A stretch of DNA of 64,000 nt from Geosiphon pyriformis uo1 (taxonomy: Eukaryota; Fungi; Glomeromycota), in contig JAAOMT010000602.1 of the NCBI GenBank assembly GCA_016748015.1, positions 1,253,696 through 1,317,695 on the forward strand, given 5' to 3'. This document shows, in pieces, positions 14,801 to 27,205 of the stretch (within the stretch, counting starts at the first letter, position 1; every line of letters begins with the position of its first letter). Below the pieces are notes generated by a model. It did not search any database and had not been told where the DNA came from. It worked only from the letters and a program-made list of their open reading frames with translations. Both the position numbers and the translations under genes were made by a program.

Positions 14801-16245
14801 ATAGGATAAAATTTTTTTTCGGTCTTATGATAAAAATTGTCATCATTACTCATGACAAATATTTTTGCTACAATCATTCAGGATTACACATATCAGTTAA
14901 TGAATCATAAGAATATGCACTGCTTTAATTTTTATTTTGGAAAAAACTCAGTTATGTCCCAATTTGAGAAGGTATATATTTTGATTGTATTTTTAAGTTT
15001 GATTCACTTTGAAATTTTGTTTTTAGGAAACAAAAAGCTTCTATGTACTTTGAAAATATAATTTATCTTCAAAATTTCTTATTTGAATGTTTCCTGTTGG
15101 AGGGATGGCCATGTGAAGTCTAAAGGATATTCTTTGAAATTTAGGCAATTGGATTTTGGATTCGTAAAATGTGATTAAAAAGTAATTTCTAGCCTCCGAA
15201 AAGTGGTTCTTTCTGTTAGCTGAGGTTTTTGATCAAATTATCAGGCAATTGACACACATGATTTCTTTACAGTGAGGCCTTCGTCGATCATTATTAGATT
15301 AATATTACAAAGGGATAAACATCACATGAGTCATGCAGACGCCGAATTTTTCGTGTGACAAATATTTAGTGTAACACTACACAGTGAATGATTAACCAAA
15401 AAAGTAATTCGATGCGGGATTTATTTTCCCAAATTAGGAACTTTTGCGGCTTTAAATCGGGCCGGATCGAGACTTTTTAATTGTTTATTTTTGATCCCTT
15501 TGCCGAATTTTTTGCCAAAGAAATTAGCAATTCTTGGATTTTTTCGGTCCGAGATATGTTATTTTACCGGCGACGCATCGTGCTTCAACAAAATATTTTC
15601 TTAATCATCGTGCTTGAAGAAATGAACTCATGTCATTTTCATGACTAAATTTTTTATTGTTCGACTTTTTAAAACTTTAAACGAATTTCACAAGATAAAA
15701 GGAAATGTTCGGAATTCCAAAAGAATATTACAAGTCAAAATATATAGAATATTTAAAGTTAAGATCCAAAGACTCCATTGGGATTGCTTACTTTTATTAT
15801 AACTCTTTTGCATTCAATTTATTTTCAAAAACCAGCTGACATCATTTAAATTGATTTTTGGGATTTGTCTAAATGACCAAACCTATATCTTGACTATTTC
15901 ATAAATAAACGAAGTGGATACTGAAAAAATCTCGCTGAAATAATATTCAGCCAAGCTTTTTGTCAAAATTTTAAAAAACTTTTAAGCTAGTGAACTTTAT
16001 AAATATTTTTTAATTTCTGGATAAAAATGGCCACGTTTTTTTAACCTAGATATTTTGCTAATTGAAAATACCCAAAACAATTAATAAATTTTAAGTGTAG
16101 GTCCCATCCTTAAACCCTTCAATTTTTGCTTACGAGCTATGCCTAACTTTAAGGAAATTGTGAAGATTTTATTTCAACCAAGGCTTTTAATTACGTCTCA
16201 AATTTTTGGCCCATAGAATTTTGAAATAGGCTGCTGTTAAAATTT
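11818..16245. repeat. Source arm of inverted segmental duplication (partner 53412-55801)
   Basis: Blocks ~11818-12305, ~13408-13459 and ~14400-16245 match 55801-53412 as colinear reverse complements. ORFs 11896-12099(-) and 55538-55729(+) translate almost identically. Confidence 0.9.
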
Positions 16246-16588
16246 GGGATTAAAATTTATTTTTTTCGTGGGAAAAATTATTAAAAAATTAAGGAAAATT
16301 TTTATCTTAGGTCGTTAAATTAATCGAATTGAGTTAGAGGGTTTTCAAAATTTTGTGCGTGGACTGTGATCCATCCATAAAAATATTTACTACAAAATAT
16401 CTTAAGTTATACTAACTTAAGTTACATGTTAGGATCATCAAAATTACCAATAAAAGCTAATTCGGGAAATCTTTTTTTTGATATTGCTATTATTAAAAAA
16501 CAGAAATGATGATCCATGTTAATATTTGGCTTTAGTCAAAAATCTATAAATTACATCTTCAGTTTTTCTTTAAAGATAATATTTTAAA

Positions 16589-18049
16589 ATGAATTTCAGA
16601 CTATTTGTCCCACAGCGGTACATCTCTTTTGTCAATGCTATTTTCTTGATTATATTATCATTACAAGAAAATCATGATTTTCCTAGAAAAGTTTTTGCAA
16701 ATGGCATACTCAAGACATATAATAATATTCCCAATATCGTCGGTGATAATACATTCAATAACAAAAGTTTAAAAACCAATAATTTGATCAAAAGGGCTAT
16801 AGAAGTACCTGGTCTAAATCGACCCGATTGGAGCTTTATATTCTTTCTAGCTGACATGGTTTACTACACTCATCAGGCTTATTGTTTACATGTTCAATCG
16901 GGGTTTATCGACGAGGATATTTATGGTAGACAGGCTTCTATTTTGCTTGCAACCCTTTTAATTACTTATTTTAAAACTGAATTTTTTTGAAATTGAATTT
17001 AGCATGGGTAGCTCCAATTCCACAAAGAATTACCTTGAGAAATGGTGCTGAACATGCAATTTTAATACAAGTTAGAGGGCGAGAATTAACCTATGAGAGA
17101 ATGGTTCAATGGGATCAATCTCGGGCTTTTAAGACTTTGAAACGCGGAGGATTTAAATCTTGGGAAAATTTCAAAGTACCTTTGGAATCTTATGAAAGAT
17201 ATGAAAGAAAATTTAAAAGCAGAATATCAGATCTTCTTGAGAAATATGTATCTGACAAATCTTATAAAAATTATGGCTTCCTTTTTACAGGCCATGGTGA
17301 AGGTGGAGGTAGGAAATCTACCGTAAAGTCTTAGAAAAGTTAAATAAGCAACTTCTTTTAAAGATTACTGTAAAGTTCCGAAAATAAGCAACCCCTACAT
17401 CATCATTTTGAACTGAATTTTGAAGAGTTGCTTTTTTTCGGGACTTTATGGTATTTATATCTAATACACATTAACCAATGGTTGAAATTATTTAAAAGCT
17501 CTAGCTACCTATGCTGCATTGGACTTTTGGCAAAATAATCTCTATATTAAGCCATCACAAATAGAAGTGACCACGCTTGGAGCTCCAAGACTTGGAGATG
17601 AGAAATTTGTTAATTATATTTCAAAGTATCTTAAAATCAATCGTGTGACTTATATCAATGACTTTGTCCCGTTATTTTTGGGTCACACTTTTCGACATCC
17701 TAATACCGAATATTGGATGACTACCGACTCCTGTGAATGCATTGATCAATCTCCTTTATATGATTGCCATATGAAATCTGGAACTGAAAATCCAGTAAGT
17801 GTGGGTAAATTTTTTAACTTACTTTAAATATATTAAGTAATTCAACTCGTTCTATTTTGACATTTTTAGATTTGTAACTTGAGGTTTCAAGAATTTTTAT
17901 TAAATGGGAAGCTAAATGAAACTTCTGGGACTTTTGGCTCATTCTTAGATGCACATAACGGACCATATTTTGGGTATAGGATGAAAAAATGTTATGAACG
18001 GGACGCGCATATGAAATGGTTGGCAGGGGAAGAAATAAAACCCTTGTAA
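16589..18049 (+). CDS. Secreted class-3 lipase-fold protein lacking the catalytic Ser (paralog 1), 4 exons
   Basis: Exons 16589-16925, 17003-17308, 17499-17794, 17870-18049. Hydrophobic N-terminus and KR dibasic site. Motifs FTGHGEGGALATYAALD (cf. GHSLGGALA), TTLGAPRLGD, RVTYINDFVP, FRHPNTEYW and DAHNGPYFG. Confidence 0.9.
17321..17451. mobile_element. MITE-like element (TA-flanked, Tc1/pogo-type ends) in intron 2 of paralog 1
   Basis: Left ends TA|ccgtaaagtc...taagcaac (17321) and TA|ctgtaaagttccgaaaataagcaac (17368) are inverted to the right end gttgctttttttcgggactttatgg|TA. This intron is ~190 nt versus ~65 nt in the other paralogs. Confidence 0.7.
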
Positions 18050-21000
18050 ATACATGGTGACTGTCGTCAACCCAACTGTATCTTCAGTAAGCACTTTGAA
18101 CTATAACCACTGTTTTTAAACCAGCCTTTTTTTTTCTAAAAAATAAAACTTTGACTCTGTTGCCCAAGTCATTCCACCAAAAAATTTACTGGTAAAACAA
18201 ATATTAAAATCCAAAAAGCAGTTGGAGTGGATGCAAAATTTTATTAATATCAAGTTCTATAAACTAGATTGGATACAATACTGTAAAAGGGTATTTTAAA
18301 TAGCATATTACAGTATTTTTCTTGACATTCAAATAATTTATATTCAAACATAAATTTTTTGGTTACAATAAAGTTGAAGCAAAAGTTACAACTGGAGGCC
18401 TTTTTTTCGACTTTTTCATACCATCAAATTTAAGAGATGAATAATGGATCACAGATTTTTAAAGCTCTTATAATAGCATTTCCAATTTTCTTGAAATCTT
18501 ATTATCAGTCATATTACCGAAAATCTTTTTGTTTATACTTTTTCAGAATTTGGGCTTTTTGGTTTCTTGTCAGTAATATTTTTGGTTTTCCATGTTTTTT
18601 ACATTATTGCACTAAAAAAAACTTTTTAGTTTATTCAGTATTTTTTTTGTAAAACAATTAAATAAACTATTAGCCTACTTAAATGTGTGTAAAAATGGCT
18701 TTTTGTTTCTGATGATTAAGAGATCAAGCAATAAAATTCTTCCAAAATTTATTTAAAATACATGAAAATATTATTTTTAATCAATTAAATTGATAAATAA
18801 CTAATATTGTATTTTTGTTTAAAGTTGTATGCAATTAATACTTTATTTAATTAGATTTCTTTAATAAATAATTTACAATTTACAGATTATTTGCAAATTG
18901 CCATCAATTTTAAATTTTTTTTTAAAAAAATTGAAATACTGTTTCATCAAAAAATAAGAGGTTTTCAATTATTATTATTATTATTATTAAATTTGGTTTA
19001 TTTAACAAATTTTTGCTTTAAAATTTTCTTCAACATTAGCATAACAATTAACAGACTTTATATATATTCAAGTAACCTTAGTTGCGCAATATGAAATGTC
19101 TACTATTTTTGTATTTAATTTAATACCGATTTTTCGTAAAAAGTCGTATAAACTTATTGACTTGCATTTTAATATATGTTCTGTAATTTTTATGACAATC
19201 ATTAACTTTGTGACATTGTATTATACAGTTGAAATAAATAGCTTGATGAATTTACTCAATTTTGAAATAAAACGTTTATCTTTTTTCTTGAATTATAATA
19301 ACTTCGACTTGTTATATTTCTTAACCAACAAATTCATTTCTAATGTGAATTATGTAAACTACTTCTGCTTTGAATGAAAAATAAAAAAGTTTACATTTTG
19401 TAATTTTTATTTGTTAATTCTTAAGATTTTTGTTACACATTATATAAAGTGACCACAAAAAATTTGAATTTATTATAAAACATAATAAATTATTATGAAT
19501 TGAATTTTTTTAACTTTTATTATCATGTATATAGAAAAGATTATTGAAATGGCAGAAAAATATTTTTCAGTTTTGTATTGTTTTCTTCATTTTGATGACT
19601 ATAATATTTTGATCCATTTATAAAGTATTTTTCACCATCACAATTATACCCAATTTGATCCTTTTTAATTCATTTCATATATTTCAGTTATTTGGCCCAA
19701 TAGAAACCAATACATATATTTGATCTTTTTCATCCTTTAAAATATTTTTTTTCGATCCAATACATTATTTCCATTATTTTTTACAATATTAAACACACAA
19801 AAGGTTGTATATCAATAAAATACTGCACAAAATTTTATGTTTAATATTTTTTTTTCTTATATTGACCAATTTAATTATGCCATCATTGGGAAATAAACGC
19901 GTTTCACAAATAAAAATTAATATATGCAAAAACAAGATTGGCTATTTTAATATTTCTTGAAAACATTAAACAAAAAGCATTTGTGGGGCTGCAAAAAAAT
20001 GAAATTGGGCTTAATGAATTATAAATTCTCTGCTATATACAAATCAAAAATATTTTTTTCGGTTTTTTGTATGCTTACAGCTAATATAACATGGCATAGT
20101 AGAAAACACAGCATACTGAAAGAATTCCTAGTTTTTTGCGAAATTCGTTTCTCGACATCAAACTCAGTTAATTTACTTACTATCCTCTTATTAACTAAAA
20201 CTATTACAAAAACAGGTAGTAAACTTTTAAGAGTGTTCTTTGAAGATACCTCAATTTAAATAAACGTGAATTTTCCAATGAATTTCGTATTTTTCAATCA
20301 CAATGTTAATGTCCCTGTAGCTTCTTAGGAAGAGTAAAACACAATATGTTTCAAACGGAAAACCTCAAAATTTCGTATAATTAAGATGAAAATTCTTTTA
20401 TCTTCTTGTTTTTAAAATATTCTATTCTGCAGAAGTTTCTTATAAAGTGAAGTGACCTTTTGAAAACGGCATCATGTATTACTTCACCATTAAATAAAGT
20501 TCATTGATACCTGCGAAATCTTTTCATGTAAACGAAAATTGAATTATCAAAATAAATTTATGATTCACAATTGTCCATATTAGGTTCCTTTAATTAATTT
20601 TCCTTAAATTCCTCATTAAATATTTTAGTAATAATCTTTTGAAAGCCTCTTCTAATACCTACTTAGTTATTTTTTCAATAAAACACTCTATTTTTATTTC
20701 TAGTCTTGCTATTTTCTCAGTAATATATCGAATCTACGTGACAATAATTTTTCGCAAAATATTCATAAACAAGCAATTTGATAGATTCAAAGAAAAACTA
20801 TTTATTAATGAAGCTTGTTTTAGTAGGGCTTAACAATTTAAAACAATAAAGAAATATTCATTTCATAATTTTTTTGGAAGTTTAATAATTGGAATAAAAA
20901 AATTAAAATATAATATTTCAATAAAGTTCTAATTAATTGACATAAAAATTGTAAAATTAACTAAGCTGATAATGATTTATATTTATAGCAAAGCCCTACC

Positions 21001-21087
21001 AATGAAATATTGCCACAATATAAATTTTTACAATCTATAAAATTGCAAATTAAGAAATAACTCACTCTTAAATATCACATGTTAATA

Positions 21088-22185
21088 CAGAGGGTGTCCA
21101 AAAGTTTCCGAACAAGATTTTATTTAACAATAATATTTATTTTTTTATAAAATAAAACAAAATAAACAACATATTTATAATTTTATAGTAATTTTCTAAA
21201 TTTTCTATTAAGCTTTTAATACTTTGTTGGTCCTCCTTGTGCTATAATTACTGCTTGAATACGTCGAGGCATACTATCAACTAATTTTATAATCGTTGAT
21301 TTAGGAATTGCTTTCCAAGCTTCTTTAACATACTTATCAAGTTTTTTAAGAGTAGTTGGCGGTTTTTCTTTTTTACGAATATTACATTTTACTATAGCCC
21401 ATAAATTTTCAATTGNNNNNNNNNNNNNNNNNNNNNNNNNNNNNNNNNNNNNNNNNNNNNNNNNNNNNNNNNNNNNNNNNNNNNNNNNNNNNNNNNNNNN
21501 NNNNNNNNNNNNNNNNNNNNNNNNNNNNNNNNNNNNNNNNNNNNNNNNNNNNNNNNNNNNNNNNNNNNNNNNNNNNNNNNNNNNNNNNNNNNNNNNNNNN
21601 NNNNNNNNNNNNNNNNNNNNNNNNNNNNNNNNNNNNNNNNNNNNNNNNNNNNNNNNNNNNNNNNNNNNNNNNNNNNNNNNNNNNNNNNNNNNNNNNNNNN
21701 NNNNNNNNNNNNNNNNNNNNNNNNNNNNNNNNNNNNNNNNNNNNNNNNNNNNNNNNNNNNNNNNNNNNNNNNNNNGAATCAATTGAACCAGTTTCTTTAA
21801 ATCGTTTTATTGTATCCGAAACTGTTGTCAAGCTGCAATTGACTATGTTGGCAATATCACGATATTTCTTGCCATGCTGTTGTAATAAGCATATAGTATT
21901 ACGTTGAGCAATCGTTAATTCTTTTTTTGCTCCCATTTCGTTTTAATAAAAACGACGAAAAAATCTTATATGTGCGTTACATTTCATTTTTATAAAAAAA
22001 CGAGTATGAATAAAATCGATTATGCGCGTCGCGAAAAAACATTATACACGCGTGTTTAAAAAATAAAAAACGCGTAATTAAATAATTAACTAACTTAATT
22101 TAGTAATAAATTCGTGCGTTTCTAATTATTCAAGCATGTGGAATGTTACTCCAAAGTTTGTTCGGAAACTTTTGGACACCCTCTG
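21088..22185 (-). mobile_element. Tc1/mariner DNA transposon with perfect 28-bp TIRs and TA target duplication
   Basis: TA|cagagggtgtccaaaagtttccgaacaa ... ttgttcggaaacttttggacaccctctg|TA. It encloses a transposase ORF interrupted by a 360-N gap. Confidence 0.95.
21216..21936 (-). CDS. Tc1-family DDE transposase (middle hidden by gap)
   Basis: N-terminal paired-type HTH 'MGAKKELTIAQRNTICLLQQHGKKYRDIANIVNCSLTTVSDTIKRFKETGS' and C-terminal 'IENLWAIVK...LVDSMPRRIQAVIIAQGGPTKY', typical of Tc1. Confidence 0.9.
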
Positions 22186-22189
22186 TATT

Positions 22190-23700
22190 AATCAAAAACT
22201 TTTAATTAAATTATGTTTTTACATGATTTCAAAAATTGAGCTGATAAGATAAAAACTAAACCATTTTTTTCTTTTCTGTTTTTTAAAAAAATCATTAATT
22301 TTGATGTTATTTTAAATTTTTTAAGTAGATAGTTTTTACTTTGATATTTGGTACAACCCTTTGACATATGTTAAAACTGCCTTTTAATTTCTACATTATT
22401 ATATGGATTTAAAATTAATTACCAAGAACAATGACAAACTTTTTTTTATAAAGTTTGTATTTGAAATTTTTTTGGATGTTACTGTTAAGAATAAACTTGT
22501 TAAATTACTTTTTTTTGTTACTTTTAAGTATCTTTATAGATAAAATCAAAAAAATTTTAAGTATTTTGAGTAAAGTTTTGGTATTATTTTAAATTTTGCT
22601 TGCTAATTTATTGTAAAATAATACTATCAAGACTTTTTTCTAATTAAAAAATTTATTGTTTAAAAACACTTTTAAGACCAAATTAGTTAATTTTTTTTGG
22701 TGTACTGTTTTTAAAATTAATGAATTTGCTTTATAAATAAATAATTATACTAATTTTATTTTTTAGTTCCTATTTAATAAAAAATCTCTAATTGTTGATA
22801 TTTTTTTAGATATCAAGATTTAGATTATTTGGCTTTTGAGTATAAAATTTTTTTTCTTATTTGCCAAAATTTGTATTTAAGTTAATAATAAATTTTAAGT
22901 TTAAAAGTCAAATTATCAGTTTAAAGTTATATTTAAAGCTGTTTTCTTTCTGGTTTTTTAAATTATTGCCGTTATTTATTTCATAATTAATTTTAGATTG
23001 GTTTTTTTGGAATTTTAGTTGGCAAATTATTTTTATTGATTAAATTTATTGTTAAGTTTATTGGTTTTTTGTTTGTTTTGATTATAATATTAATAGCTAT
23101 TTCATTTACTGTAGATTATAACATAAGAAAAAAGTACTTGAACTAGAAAAAAAGATTAGCATTTTTGGTAAAATTGTGTATAAATTAAATAAGAAGATGG
23201 TTATCTGATAATAGAATGAATTCTAATAATAATTTTTTTTGTTTATAAGAAGATCTTTATTAAACACCAAGAATTATAATAACATAATTCTTAATATAAT
23301 TAAATTTGTTTAAATAAAGGTTTAATCAATATTTTAATTATAAAAGTGTTTAAAATACTTATTAATTTCAATATTTCATATTTGTAATAAAAAAAACAAT
23401 ATTATCAAATTAGTCAAGCTTATTAATTTAAAAGAAAAAGAACATTTTCGTTTTTATTAAGTTGACAATATTAAAATTTTATCTAATAATTATTTGTTTT
23501 TATTTTTGTTACTTATTGATTTGTTTTAACCAAGTAATTTTATATTTATTATTGAAAAATAAAAACAGATATTTGAATTAACATATAATTTTAAGGCTAT
23601 TTTACGAATAAATCTATTATTATTTTTCAGTTGTCACATTATTAAAGGGTTTAAGATCACTTTTAATTTTCAATGATAGTTTACTGATTAATTACTTTTG
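22190..23700. mobile_element. Probable decayed TE remnant (extremely AT-rich, CpG-depleted)
   Basis: No ORFs, and only one CG seen in ~22190-23440. The family cannot be identified from sequence alone. Confidence 0.35.
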
Positions 23701-23837
23701 AGCAGTATTTAATATCAATTAATTTTAAAACAATATATATACACACAACTATATTGACAAGAACAAAAAAATTGATTTGATAACCTTGTCTAATTCTGAT
23801 AAAAATTGTAAAAAATCAATTTATTCCTAGTCGTAGA

Positions 23838-24880
23838 CTAAAGGCAGCATGTGCTTGACACGATCTTGATCTGACCATTGCTTGAAAGCTTTGATGGTTT
23901 GACCCAAGTGTTCAAAAGTTCTCTTAGGCTACTTATGAGTTGTTGATTATTGCCATCTTGTCTGGATAAGTTTTTAAGCAACATAGATTTCCAAATTAAG
24001 TCTGAAAAATGAATCGATAATTGAAATTGTGTTTGAAACACAGCAACTTCCTGTGGAACTGAATTTCCTGCTCTTATCTTTGGAATTCATTTCTCGCTAT
24101 CGTGCTAACGATCTCGTTAATCCCACGTTTAAGAGTGTTTAAGATAGCTTATTGATGGACTTTCTATTTCGAGCATTTCATAACAGAAAGGCAAGGACCC
24201 AAGATGGATGTAAATATTCATCTGGTCAAAGAGATAAAAATAGCAGAGCCACATTTCGGACATCTTTACGATTGATTAAGATGCGAAATTTGGAATTCGG
24301 GGATATTTGTAAAGACAGCAAAAGTTCCTCCTCTTGGAAACATTGTAAAGCATGAGGAACGATGATAGAAAATGCTGCCATTCCCTTCAGTTTTGTCGCC
24401 AATAAGTGAACGAGCTTCATTGAATGCAAAAACAACTTTCGATTGTGTTTTCACGTTCTTAAAATTTAGTTTTTTCGGCATCTTTCCAATAATCCATAAT
24501 GACAAGTTTAAAATCACTTGAGATGACACTCCTGAATCTCTGCTTTAGCGAGTCCATTTCGATTGGGATTTCTTGTCAAAAAGATTAGGTCAGTGTGAAA
24601 AGCCATTCTTTAGGTCCAGCTTTTTTGACTGCAGGCTATTTCATGCAAGCACAAAAATAGGCAGCGTATCTTGAGACGCATTCGTCAAACCCCTTTTTAT
24701 TATCCTTAATGTTCTGTAGCAACACGTTCGCAATAGTTAATTTGACAGGATTCCACACAACTCTCCTACTCGTAAATAGCAGGCCAGATTTTCGTTAGCA
24801 AAGCCACTTTGACTCAGATATGGGTGGACATATGGATAAAGAGGCCAACACACTAGTTTCTTCCACTTTATGTTAACTCA
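23838..24880 (-). pseudogene. Decayed fragment resembling a fungal Crinkler-associated/P-loop NTPase-like gene family
   Basis: Stop-riddled frames with 'RYAAYFCACMK*', Walker-B-like 'KVVFAFNEARSL' and 'GTFAVFTN', and higher GC than the flanks. Family assignment is from motif recall only. Confidence 0.45.
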
Positions 24881-24917
24881 AACTTGGAGCGACTAAATTC
24901 TATGAAATTCAGTAGAG

Positions 24918-24960
24918 TATATGATTAGAGAAATATGATTAGAGAAATATGATTAGATAG
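24918..24960. repeat. Three tandem copies of a 14-bp unit (atatgattagagaa)
   Basis: atatgattagagaa atatgattagagaa atatgattagatag. Confidence 0.8.
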
Positions 24961-25631
24961 AATTCAATACTAAAGAATGACAGGATTTCCAATAGCTAGA
25001 ATTTTCTATTAAGGACTTTACCCGTGTGCATGATTTGCAAATGAAAGAGAATCCTTTACAATTTGAGGATAAAAATAGTGTGTAAATTCTAAGATTGCAA
25101 ATATCCCATTCTGGTGATTGACAGTTCCAATTTAAATGAGACTATATCAACTTACCCAAAACAAATAAAAATAAAGCACTTTATCAACGATAATTTATCT
25201 GATTTTTTATTATCAAAAATTTATTTTTTGACCCAACCAAAAAGGTTTCCAAACATTTAAGAGGCCAAGTAGAGATTTGACTGTTATGTTTATTATAAAA
25301 TAAACATCTCTCATAAGAGGAAAGGAATTCGCTCTCATTGCTTATTAAATGTAGCTAACCGTTTTCAATAGAATTATGACATAACAAAGAGTCTTTGGAT
25401 TTACGATTATATATACATGAAATTAAGTTTGCAAATTTGGCTCCATCGAGTTTTCAACTATTTACCAGTTCAAGGGTCAAAATTTTATTTGAAACTTTTT
25501 TTGGTCAATTATTTTAAACTACCGCAAATAGACATAGAAATTTTTTTTTTACGCACAATAATTTTAAGAATAGTTGCCATTGATATTTCCTAAAGGACGA
25601 AATATTGTACCATCAAAATCACTCTTGAATA

Positions 25632-27205
25632 TTAATAAGAGTCCAGATTTTTACCTTCTGGGATTGCTAAATATCGAGTCAACAATCTCTCCCAGACCCT
25701 AAGCTCATGCTTGAGAGAAACTACCTCGCTCTCTGTCTCCTTGATCTTTTCATTTATCTCAGTATTTTGAACGGTATCAAATGGTGGCGGTGGATCATGT
25801 AGGTCATCGCCACTGATAGACATCATATTGAGCAAACGTTCTGTATCATCATCAGTATTTGTTCGATGAGGAAGTTTAATGTGGGCTGGGGTTGGCATCC
25901 TCGTGGCACCATTGCTAGTTGTAGAGTTACCACAATGGGGCGAGCTTTCCTCAGCTGGCAATGGCATTCCGACCCTATTTCGACGCGGACCAGTCGATAC
26001 TTGAGTGGTTGTTGACGAGGATTTAATGTAAGGAGAAATTGGCAAATTAGATGGTCTAGAGTGGAAAATATATTTTTGCATGATTCCATATGTATCAAGA
26101 CGACTCTGACCCCAAAAAAAGGTGTAGATTAGGTAAAGAAGAGGAATGATTCCACCGATAAAGGCAAAGAGATCGTAAAATTGATAACTGGGGCGTTCAC
26201 GTTGCACTGATACCAAGTAAGCGTCGACTTGGGGAGTAAAATCAGGTCTGGATCGAAATAAATTCAACAAGTGAGTATGATGAAAAATGCATTTCATTGA
26301 ATTAGATAATTTTGCAAACCTCAAGTGGATCTTAGCCCATTTGTTTGTATCATTTCTAAAATTATTTACCATCCTTCGAGAATTCATTGCATCGTAGCTT
26401 ATTTCAATCGAACCGTCCTAAAAATAGATTGAGATAAGTATTCAATTTTTTCAATTTTTTTCAATTATTTACCCACAATATGATAGATTTCTTTACGGCT
26501 GAAGGTTAGGACTGAAACACTTGGAATATTGAAAATATCAACTCGTGTCTCCTGCGGCTGTTCATTCATCCAAGGCCAAAAAATTCCAAAGAAAACTATA
26601 TAATAATTTGGTCATGAATCAATTAGTTTATTTATACAGGGACATTAAAATAAAGACATACCAAATCGATTCAATGATGCAGCAGCTCCCTTTATAGTTT
26701 CATTTGAGTATATGTTGATGGTCATTTGTTCATTGACTTGGGGTGTAAAATGTATAGAATCCGGGGGTGTGAGGTAATAACAATCGAGTGCATTTGGCAT
26801 GAACTCTATAAAAATAAGAGACGTTATGAATTATTTGAATGGTATTTATTTTGTGAGTTCATTTATACCTTCACCGATAGCATTAAGATAAACATGAGGA
26901 AATTCGTTTAAAGGTGCCTTTTTCCACCATTCTTTCTTACACTCCTGTCCTCCAAAACCAATAGGGCCAATAGTACATTTAGGTTGAACATTGATATTTG
27001 GGCCACAAACCAAAATACCAGGTACGTGTAAGGCCTTTCGTATTTCAAGAGAATTTTCAATAAGTGGTCTTTTAGGTGCGGTCTTAAGCTTTTTTGCACT
27101 ATGAAGAAGAAGTCCAATGAAGGCTACAAAAAGTGCAAGTATTGTAAAAAGTCGAAGATGGTTTTCGAGTCTAAAAGCAGCGAATGAACGGTGAAACAAA
27201 GCCAT
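25632..27205 (-). CDS. Two-transmembrane protein with large extracellular loop, DEG/ENaC/ASIC- or PAC(TMEM206)-like, 5 exons, ~437 aa
   Basis: Exons read by eye: 27205-26869, 26805-26662, 26595-26477, 26417-26320, 26247-25632, all GT-AG with frame preserved. TM1 LFTILALFVAFIGLLL, post-TM1 VPGILVC, pre-TM2/TM2 RERPSYQFYDLFAFIGGIIPLLYLIYTFFWG, and a C-terminal coiled-coil-like helix. The gene model is solid; the function is inferred. Confidence 0.8.

Noticed and set aside
16401-16424. Short hairpin/palindrome cttaagtta-tac-taacttaag upstream of paralog 1
   Set aside because: Short, AT-rich and not seen upstream of the other paralogs.
18437-20833. Several hydrophobic-looking ORFs
   Set aside because: Compositional artefacts of T-rich, probably TE-derived DNA; no TIR or domain recognised.
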